Positions 58,301-64,000 of a stretch of DNA of 64,000 nucleotides are shown here, piece after piece; the first letter of the stretch is position 1, and each line of letters starts with the position of its first letter. The notes beneath the pieces were generated by a model, which made no database searches, had not been told where the DNA came from, and worked only from the letters and a program-made list of their open reading frames with translations. The position numbers were made by a program, and so were the translations under genes. This DNA comes from Ruminococcus sp. GTDB lineage: Bacteria > Bacillota > Clostridia > Oscillospirales > Acutalibacteraceae. Where the stretch lies: NCBI GenBank assembly GCA_017404145.1, contig JAFRCW010000030.1, positions 1,051 through 65,050 of the forward strand. Reading direction: 5' to 3'.

Positions 58301-59794
58301 GGATGTACAAAACTTAGAGAGTTTACTGTCCCATCAACAGTAGAGATGATAGGAGATCACGCTTTCGAAGGGTTAGAAAAGATTTCAGTTGATGCTATTT
58401 CTAAGGAAGTTGCATTAGGTGCTATCAACTCTGGGTCAAAACAGATTGTTCTAAATATCTCTGCAAATCCAAGTGGGATGGAAGGACTGGAGATTGTTGT
58501 TCCTTCGAGCATTACTTCTTTTGAATTAAGAGGAAATGCTGAAACGTACACCAACATTAAAGTAAAATCTGATGCTGGCAAAACTATACTTAATGGTTTG
58601 AATATTTCTAATAACGGAGGTACTGCAATAGAACTATCCTCTGGAAATGTTATTTTCAACCGATTGAGTGTTGAAAGCGCTGGTTATGCAGCGTTGATAA
58701 AGAATCCAGAGACCAACATAGGTCTATATGGCAGTGTGAGAATGTCATCTTCTAGCGGAAAGACAATCGTATGCAGAAATATCAGTTTGTCAGAAGTAGA
58801 TTCAACTATATCGAGCTTACTTAGTGTATCAGGTAACGTTCTGCTTTGTGGACAGATTGACGGGCAGGAGTATATGAACGTAACAAACGGAAGTATTATT
58901 CAAATTACAGATGATGAATTTGAAAAATACGCTAAGGGGTGTTACGAAGTAAACTTTGATGCTAACGGTGGTTCTGTTGGAACAACGAGTAAGACGGTCT
59001 ACTATGGGTCTGAGTATGGTGAGCTTCCCACGCCTGTATATGATTATCATAATTTTACAGGGTGGTTTACAGCAAAGAACAGTGGTACTCAGGTGAAAGC
59101 CAATACTGTATTTGCTTCACCAAACGATATTACTCTTTACGCACATTGGGAGGATAAACCTACATCGGATTGGACACTCGCCAGTCAGGTACCCGCAAAC
59201 GCTAAAGTTGTTGACAACAAGTGGACATATGACCTCACTTCAACCCAGACAACCTCCACAGATAGTTCACCCGGTGCTGGGTGGGTTAAAGAAAAAGACC
59301 CCACATGGGTGTGGGGGAGTTACGGCTCTTGGAGTGGTTGGTCTACGACTCAGCCTAATCCCGGCGCCGGCGATTCCAGAAAAGTTGATTATAAGGATGT
59401 TACTGATGGTTGGTATGCTTTTACTTGGTATAGAACAGGTTCCAGGAATTATTATAACTATGATCCGGGTAATGGAATTGGAGCTACATATCATGACTGG
59501 GGCTTTTTCAGCGTAGACGTTTGGAATAACGGAACTGCGATCGGTCCCGGTGGAAGATCATCTGGTACATATAGTGGAACAAATTCAGGAAACACGACAG
59601 GATATAATATTGATAACGGCGTTGTATGTTTCAAAGGAGGCGAAGTTAATCACAGAGAGTGGAGATATTGTGACCGCTCACAGATATATACGTACTATTG
59701 GAAAAAGGTGGATTCCCTTGAGTCCAAAACCGAAATTACTGCCGGTGGCAACATCAGCAACGTGAAACACTATGTAAAGTATATTGTAAAGTAA
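55376..59794 (+). CDS. 1472-aa surface protein: cohesin, dockerin, Listeria-Bacteroides repeats, S/T-rich tract, BspA-type LRRs, W/G/Y-rich C-terminus
   Basis: KISNNPGFAAISLDIDYD (cohesin). GDINGDEKVNSKDVSRLMQY / DTNGDGKLNSKDVTRLMQY (dockerin). GYIFEGWYDG...LYAKWT repeats. LRR-like IPSGAFKNCTNLEAILCPGVTKIGASAFMGCTKL. Confidence 0.7.
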   Translation: MTKCLKTMLALLLTAVLLISALPFAVSAASTMNVTVDTKNAMAGSTVNLDVKISNNPGFAAISLDIDYDKTNLTLKGFSYNDAALAGASTTPYNASASTPCLYVVNGSQNITGDFTLATLTFEVKANAKNNTSAYVKLTYDPENVYNIGEQNITCNITNGAVNIIACVPGDINGDEKVNSKDVSRLMQYHAHWDVDVNEPALDTNGDGKLNSKDVTRLMQYLAHWDVELYPQITTDEDKLKAVAAVPAYCEEPGNIAYWVNEETGKYYRDSKGLIEINLADTVIPATGHTPVIDPAVPATYDHTGLTEGSHCSVCGKALVNQQIIPKLVEDSYNITYHLYADDAYLQSVGVNNPNPATYSSQKGLKLQNVRAEGYIFEGWYDGEGANGELIKTIPSGSEGDIELYAKWTAREYTITFNSPLVPVQSKKYKVNTGATWTNPSLNGYNFIGWCDDDNNLVTRIPVGTTGNITLYANWTSKRNQTRPVSHLEEPLILEDADKGNIMFAYEIGTIENVPLQALSQTYQSVGGMKQTYTTQESVTVTKGEAKNVAKTVSNSTTDSKAWTLSEDWNDVTSVSEVYSTEKGWTKEEAEQYSKTNSNTYSLNSSTGGSQTQTSSTGLSGTLSKSNSGTIGGSHTNERETGSEYEVSKKTTTNSEMGGSIGIDFASVGGKISSGTEVNKSQKNYENNKSSETLNYSATGTNAKSVTGESSNADSGTSTWNTSSGYSSSSSTSQTQSVRNVLSEVVSETKGYGSSYSRGGSKSDTQSFTNTEVESDQYSAAITFSEGTVTTETKTIELGGENEGYYRFVLAGRAHVFAVVGYDVSTSSYYTFTYTVMDDETYTFIDYSKDTASFDDNENGVLPFEVPYFVKEYVDARLLQTKGLSVSQEGVVTSYNGTDDIVFIPSYYRMDNLDGTYTSIKVTGISSNAFAGKNIKAISLSNFIEEIPSGAFKNCTNLEAILCPGVTKIGASAFMGCTKLREFTVPSTVEMIGDHAFEGLEKISVDAISKEVALGAINSGSKQIVLNISANPSGMEGLEIVVPSSITSFELRGNAETYTNIKVKSDAGKTILNGLNISNNGGTAIELSSGNVIFNRLSVESAGYAALIKNPETNIGLYGSVRMSSSSGKTIVCRNISLSEVDSTISSLLSVSGNVLLCGQIDGQEYMNVTNGSIIQITDDEFEKYAKGCYEVNFDANGGSVGTTSKTVYYGSEYGELPTPVYDYHNFTGWFTAKNSGTQVKANTVFASPNDITLYAHWEDKPTSDWTLASQVPANAKVVDNKWTYDLTSTQTTSTDSSPGAGWVKEKDPTWVWGSYGSWSGWSTTQPNPGAGDSRKVDYKDVTDGWYAFTWYRTGSRNYYNYDPGNGIGATYHDWGFFSVDVWNNGTAIGPGGRSSGTYSGTNSGNTTGYNIDNGVVCFKGGEVNHREWRYCDRSQIYTYYWKKVDSLESKTEITAGGNISNVKHYVKYIVK

Positions 59795-59805
59795 CATCTG
59801 CATAA

Positions 59806-59841
59806 CATGATTCGAGGCGGCTATCGAGCATTTTTGTGTGC
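59806..59841. terminator. Hairpin between convergent genes
   Basis: GGCGGCTATCG ... CGATAGCCGCC, an 11-bp stem. Confidence 0.5.
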
Positions 59842-59857
59842 GATAGCCGCCCTGCTA

Positions 59858-60235
59858 CTAGATATAGATTAGCTCTGCATTGACGATCTCCGTCACACGG
59901 TTGCGGATATTGTTCATCGCGCCAACCCATGCCAACTGATCCTGCACCTTGAGCTGTTCGGTGACGCCTTCCTGTTTGGCAAGTTGCTCCACCAGCTGAC
60001 AGAACATTTCATCGGCAGCTTCGTTGGTGTCGGCGAGGTGTTTTTGGAGGTCACCGGAGGTCAAAAGGCTGTAGTACAAGGCTTTACGGTGGTCTCTGAG
60101 GTATTGTCGGCGGCGTTCGCCCCATATTCCTATCGCTCTGCCGTCTATTTCGGGCGGTGCGAGGCAGGGGAGATAATAATCCCCTTTCAGCTCATAGCGG
60201 ATACCGGTTTTGCTGTCTGTAAACGATTTTTTCAT
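59858..60235 (-). CDS. tnpV: TnpV-like protein (Tn4451/Tn4453-family accessory protein)
   Basis: 125 aa. Recognised from memory of clostridial TnpV (…YYLPCL…GIWGERRRQYLRDHRK…NAELIY). Confidence 0.65.
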   Translation of the reverse strand: MKKSFTDSKTGIRYELKGDYYLPCLAPPEIDGRAIGIWGERRRQYLRDHRKALYYSLLTSGDLQKHLADTNEAADEMFCQLVEQLAKQEGVTEQLKVQDQLAWVGAMNNIRNRVTEIVNAELIYI

Positions 60236-60257
60236 GCTTCATCATCCTTTCTGCCTT

Positions 60258-61412
60258 TTAGCGTGCTTCACGCTGTTTTGATTTTTTGATAACCTTTGCC
60301 TGCTCAACGATCTCGTTGAGCTTGTTCTTTCCGAATACATTTTCCAGCAGCCGATAGGCTTTGTTTTGCTCCCGAAGCAGACCGTTATTCTCTTTCAGTT
60401 TCGCGTTTTCATATCGCAGGTCCTCGTTTTCCCGATACAGTTTACCGTTCAGATTATTGATACGGTGGTAGTTTTCCCACCCCTCAAAGCATCTGGCTAG
60501 GACTGTTTTGACAAGAGATTTCAGCTTCTTGATCAGCGGGTCTACAAACTTTTTCTTATAGCTCTTTGCACTGATCAAGCCCTGCGGCTCCGAGAGTTGA
60601 AACTGTGGATCTGTACTAAACTGCTTTTCGATCTTGTTAAGGTCAACCTGTACTTCTTCCATACTGCTGATCGTTGCTTTCAGTCCTTTGACCTCCAGCT
60701 TCTTTTCCTCGATCTGCTCGTCAAGCTTGGCAACCTCTTTTGCTCGCTCCTGCTTTTTGTAATCGAGTACGCTCAGATGCTGCTCGTGGATTCCTTTCTG
60801 TTCCCACTCGATGCCATGTCGCCGCATGACCCGTGCGAGAGCTTTCTTTTCGGAAAGTGCCCAGCGATTCCATTCGGTATCGCTGCGACCGTTGCCTTTG
60901 AAACCCTGTTGTTCTAATGCTTTTTTCAGCGAAACCCTTGTTTCCATACCGCGCTTGCTGACGGTGGTGAACGGAACGAAGTCGATGTGTAAATGCGGAG
61001 TTGCCTCGTCCATGTGCAGGTGTGCGGAGAAAACTTTCAGATGCGGATTTCGTTCTTGAAATCCTCTGAAGTATTCGTCCAAGACGGTTTTAGCAAGCTC
61101 GGCATATTCGCCCGTTGAGGACATATCATCTTTGTTTCCGACTTGCACGATCGCCTCGTGAAAAAGCTTTTCCTGCTTGCCGGATTCGATGTGTTTGTAA
61201 TAATCTTTTATCTGTCTATCCTTTCGGGTTAGTTTTGCATTGTATTTTTCCAGCGCTTCATCGAACAGTTCGTGATAGATTTCTCTGATAGATACATTAC
61301 AGTAATCAATATTGAAACGGCTTCTATCTGAATCAACATTTTCTGTTGTAAAAGTTCGATTGTTGTGACGATAGGAGCCTTTTCCTGTTTGAAAGCTGAT
61401 AGTTCTTTGCAT
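60258..61412 (-). CDS. MobV-family (Pre/Mob) relaxase
   Basis: HLHMDEATPHLHIDFVPF. 384 aa, colinear paralogue of 44729-45883. Confidence 0.85.
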   Translation of the reverse strand: MQRTISFQTGKGSYRHNNRTFTTENVDSDRSRFNIDYCNVSIREIYHELFDEALEKYNAKLTRKDRQIKDYYKHIESGKQEKLFHEAIVQVGNKDDMSSTGEYAELAKTVLDEYFRGFQERNPHLKVFSAHLHMDEATPHLHIDFVPFTTVSKRGMETRVSLKKALEQQGFKGNGRSDTEWNRWALSEKKALARVMRRHGIEWEQKGIHEQHLSVLDYKKQERAKEVAKLDEQIEEKKLEVKGLKATISSMEEVQVDLNKIEKQFSTDPQFQLSEPQGLISAKSYKKKFVDPLIKKLKSLVKTVLARCFEGWENYHRINNLNGKLYRENEDLRYENAKLKENNGLLREQNKAYRLLENVFGKNKLNEIVEQAKVIKKSKQREAR

Positions 61413-61465
61413 GGCGTCATCTCCTATTCTATTATTTTCTTACTAATATCAGCTCCTTTGGTTCT

Positions 61466-61610
61466 GTTACTCTTGTCAAGAGTAACGCAAAAGCACTTTT
61501 GACAGCGAAGCCATCAAAAATGCAACCTGCAAGCAGGTTTTGCGCTCTCCGAGGAGCAGGGCAGCCCTTTGAAAAGGGCTCCCTGCACCCCGCCTAAACT
61601 TTGTTTCGTC
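61466..61610 (-). promoter_or_regulatory. Candidate oriT / structured region (copy 2)
   Basis: Identical palindrome GTTACTCTTGTCAAGAGTAAC at 61466-61486, and the same downstream hairpins as at 45945-46090. Confidence 0.55.
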
Positions 61611-61661
61611 ATCCAAAGCCTTTGCTTTGTCTGCCGTTTACAGGAGCGTGCTACGCTCCTG

Positions 61662-61916
61662 TTATCGCTCCCACGGGGGAGCAGTCCAGCGAAAGCTCTG
61701 CGGTACTCCGCGGCGGTCAAGGTATTCCTGCCTTGCTTTCTCTCGCTGTTCCTCGGTAGGGGCTGTCTTATATTGTGAGTAGAGCTGTCTGTTCAACAGG
61801 GCGTCGAGCTTCTTCTCCAAGCCCTGATGGATTTCTTCGACGAAATCATCCTCATCGTTCAGATGATAAAGTACCAGATCAACGAACAGCTCATAAGGTA
61901 TTTGAACATTCTTCAT
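61662..61916 (-). CDS. Small hypothetical protein (84 aa)
   Basis: Start at MKNVQIPYELFVDLVLYHL (RBS AAAGGA). No counterpart in the 34-49 kb element. Confidence 0.45.
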   Translation of the reverse strand: MKNVQIPYELFVDLVLYHLNDEDDFVEEIHQGLEKKLDALLNRQLYSQYKTAPTEEQREKARQEYLDRRGVPQSFRWTAPPWER

Positions 61917-61948
61917 TCGTGATTGTCCTTTCAATATAGCACCCATAT

Positions 61949-63163
61949 TTAGCACCCTGTTTTTCTCTCCGCGTCGGTCCGTGACGGTCGCGACGGTGTT
62001 ATAGCCCCCCACAAATGACCGTCACGACCGTCGCGCATCGTCACGCTCCCAATGATGTTTAGCGTGATTTGGCGTCCGCTGTGTCCTCTCTTGTGGCTGT
62101 AAAGGATGTTGTATTCCTCTTTCAGCCGTGCGGCGTTGACATTCAGCTTTTGAGTTAGTGCGTTTGGTTTGAGATCGGCGACGAGCAGTTTACATAGCTC
62201 TGTCGGTGTACCCAACCACAGAGGATTGTCCTCAGTAACTAACTCGGCAAGCTTATCTAAGAGAGGCTCCGGAGGTGCTTTCCAGAGTTCGGTCTCGACC
62301 TTGTCCAACTTCCACGCGAGAGTGTCTGTATCTCTCACCAGGAATATCCTCATATCCTGCTGATCTCGTCCTGTGACATCCAGCAGAGCGTTGTTTGAGG
62401 TGCGCTTCTCTTTTGAGAGAATGAAGGCCCCGTCTGCAGCACCCAACAGACCGTTGGTGCCGGAGATCATATCGAAGATATCTCCTGCGTTTTGTTTTCT
62501 CGTATGGTGAACCATGAGAAGGCAAATCCCGTTGGTGAATGCAAGCTCCTTCACTTTGGTGATGACCTCATAGTCGCTTGCGTAACTGAAACTTTCGGCG
62601 TCATCCTCACGAACCTTTTGAAGGGTGTCGATGATAATGAGGGAGGTGTCCGGATGCTCATTGACGAACAGATCGATCTGCTTGTCCAATCCCTTTCCGA
62701 CACCGTCGGCTGACACCGAAAAGAACAAGTTATCGTTCTCTGAGACGCCGAACATCCTATACAGCCTCTTCTGCAAGCGGGAGTAATCATCCTCAAGGGC
62801 TAAATACAGAACCGTTCCTTTTCGGACAGAGAAGTCCCATAACGGTGTTCCGGTACTGACGTGATAGGCGAGCTGTGCCATAAAAAAGCTCTTGCCAATC
62901 TTCGGAGCGCCGACGAAGAGATAAATTCCCCGGTAGAGCAAGCCGTCGATGATCGGCGGCTTACCCTGGTACACGCTGTCGAACAGCTGTGACATCGTGA
63001 GTGTTTTGAATCCCGGCTTGTCCGACAATTCCGATACATCAAAAGACTTGCAATCGTCAGACAAATCGGTTATACTATAGTTACTGTTATTGAGTGACTG
63101 TCCTTCATCTGCGCCAACAGATGAGTTAAGGGCAGTCATTTCTTTTATTCCGATCATTGACAC
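61949..63163 (-). CDS. AAA_25/RepA-like ATPase (TnpY-like)
   Basis: VGAPKIGKSF, LIIIDTLQ, HHTRK. Paralogue of 46091-47278. Confidence 0.75.
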   Translation of the reverse strand: MSMIGIKEMTALNSSVGADEGQSLNNSNYSITDLSDDCKSFDVSELSDKPGFKTLTMSQLFDSVYQGKPPIIDGLLYRGIYLFVGAPKIGKSFFMAQLAYHVSTGTPLWDFSVRKGTVLYLALEDDYSRLQKRLYRMFGVSENDNLFFSVSADGVGKGLDKQIDLFVNEHPDTSLIIIDTLQKVREDDAESFSYASDYEVITKVKELAFTNGICLLMVHHTRKQNAGDIFDMISGTNGLLGAADGAFILSKEKRTSNNALLDVTGRDQQDMRIFLVRDTDTLAWKLDKVETELWKAPPEPLLDKLAELVTEDNPLWLGTPTELCKLLVADLKPNALTQKLNVNAARLKEEYNILYSHKRGHSGRQITLNIIGSVTMRDGRDGHLWGAITPSRPSRTDAERKTGC

Positions 63164-63480
63164 CCTCCGTTTATTTCATTTAGTAAACGGACAATGGAAT
63201 CAATTGTGTCGAGCAGCTCGATGTCAATATTCCCGCCGTCGGATATGCGCTGAAGCTCAATCAGTATATCCTTCATCTGATTCTTGAGAGTTATATACAC
63301 TCTCGGATTTGCTGTGATGTGGATATCACGGTTCAATAGTGTTCTGATAATAAACTCTCGCTTGGTCAAACCGGACAATTTGACACCAGTATCGATTAGT
63401 TCAACTTCGTGTGGGGAAGCTCTGAACGATACGGATACGCTTCGCCATCGTCCGTGCTTATCTAATGCTTTTTCTGACAT
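63154..63480 (-). CDS. MobC-like relaxosome accessory protein
   Basis: RSVSVSFRASPHEVELIDTGVKLSGLTKREFIIRTLL is a MobC-type pattern. Confidence 0.6.
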   Translation of the reverse strand: MSEKALDKHGRWRSVSVSFRASPHEVELIDTGVKLSGLTKREFIIRTLLNRDIHITANPRVYITLKNQMKDILIELQRISDGGNIDIELLDTIDSIVRLLNEINGGCQ

Positions 63481-63482
63481 GG

Positions 63483-64000
63483 TTAACTCCTTTCAAGATT
63501 TAGTTTATTAGCAATATCTGCTTGCGTCGTGGGAAAAAGATGTGCATAGCGGTAGGTGATGTCGATACTTTCGTGACCAACGCGATCGGCGATCGCAACC
63601 GCGGAGAAGCCCATCTCTATCAACAAAGATACATGGCTGTGCCGTAGATCATGGATTCGTATCCGTTTAACACCGCTTTTTTCACTTCCTCTGGTCATTT
63701 CCCGATGGAGGTAGTATTTTGAAAGGGGGAATAACCGAGTTTCAGGGCTGACGCCGTATATGCTGTCAATATACTCCCTGATTTCTGTTATCAAGAAATC
63801 AGGCATTTGAACAATTCGATTGCTCTTAGGCGTTTTTGGCAAGCCAATCACATCTTTGCCCGAGATCCTCTGACATGACTTGGTAATGGATACCGTACCT
63901 TTTTCTAAATCATAATCACCGACAGTCAATGCTAACAGCTCGCCCTCCCTGATACCGCACCAATACAACATTTCAAATGCGTAATAGGACAGCGGCTTGT
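63483..64000 (-). CDS. int: Tyrosine recombinase/integrase, C-terminal part (5' end beyond the right edge)
   Basis: The frame stays open to the window end (...KPLSYYAFEMLYWCGIREGELLAL...). RIHDLRHSHVSLLIE, VGHESIDITYRYAHLF. Confidence 0.85.
   Translation of the reverse strand, partial: KPLSYYAFEMLYWCGIREGELLALTVGDYDLEKGTVSITKSCQRISGKDVIGLPKTPKSNRIVQMPDFLITEIREYIDSIYGVSPETRLFPLSKYYLHREMTRGSEKSGVKRIRIHDLRHSHVSLLIEMGFSAVAIADRVGHESIDITYRYAHLFPTTQADIANKLNLERS

Larger units (their letters stand above)
49513..64000. mobile_element. Second, related integrative mobilisable element (partial; right end outside the window)
   Basis: Starts with the core TTATTCCCACTCGCTTA plus a diverged copy of the 275-bp arm. 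The backbone (tnpV, MobV, AAA_25, MobC, int) lies at 59.8-64 kb. Extent is inferred. Confidence 0.45.

Noticed and set aside
61514-61778. Short ORFs 61514-61720 (minus strand) and 61569-61778 (plus strand)
   Set aside because: They fall in the conserved structured, oriT-like non-coding region and overlap the better-supported 84-aa gene. They have no RBS.
34220-64000. Prophage interpretation of the integrase-containing regions
   Set aside because: There are no terminase, portal, capsid, tail or lysis genes. The backbones are relaxase, ATPase and oriT, which indicates mobilisable elements rather than phages.

Overview
This 64-kb window looks like a Clostridia chromosome segment. The cohesin/dockerin genes and codon style suggest a Ruminococcus/Oscillospiraceae-like host. 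Most of it is a mosaic of integrated mobile DNA.

Layout, left to right:
- 1-3.3 kb: a decayed Tn4451-like remnant. It holds a large serine recombinase running off the left edge, a tnpV fragment and an EamA/LysR pair. It ends in a ~275-bp arm.
- 3.3-32.1 kb: a block of housekeeping and detoxification genes. These include Nudix, GNATs, ogt/alkA-like alkylation repair, SDR, flavin reductase, LigB-type dioxygenase, HxlR, membrane pyrophosphatase hppA, an ABC exporter pair, LOG, HAD and DUF1015. The block is interrupted at 12.0-17.7 kb by a plasmid-like mobilisation island (iterons, wHTH, RHH, relaxase, dockerin protein) lying next to tRNA-Ala(CGC).
- 32.1-34.2 kb: an inverted copy of the ~275-bp arm plus an ECF sigma/anti-sigma pair.
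- 34.2-49.5 kb: a ~15.3-kb integrative mobilisable element bounded by 12-bp direct repeats. Its backbone is tyrosine integrase, XRE, Xis-like HTH, AAA_25 ATPase, oriT and MobV relaxase. Its AT-rich cargo is a defence island with an AbiG-like pair, AbiEi/AbiEii, a type IIG-like nuclease-methylase-TRD fusion, an OLD-family ATPase/TOPRIM nuclease broken by one in-frame TAA, and a UvrD-like helicase.
- 49.5-64 kb: a second, related element (tnpV, MobV, AAA_25, MobC, integrase running off the right edge). Its cargo holds an AAA_14/DUF4143 ATPase, a DUF2971 protein plus a degenerate HNH-like protein, an XRE regulator and two large cohesin/dockerin surface proteins.

No rRNA, CRISPR array, or phage structural genes were seen.

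The best candidates for something undescribed are the gap-free defence array at 36.6-44.7 kb, the two-gene pair at 34.4-36.4 kb, and the DUF2971/HNH-like pair at 51.5-53.4 kb.

All family names come from motif reading by eye. No database search was run.
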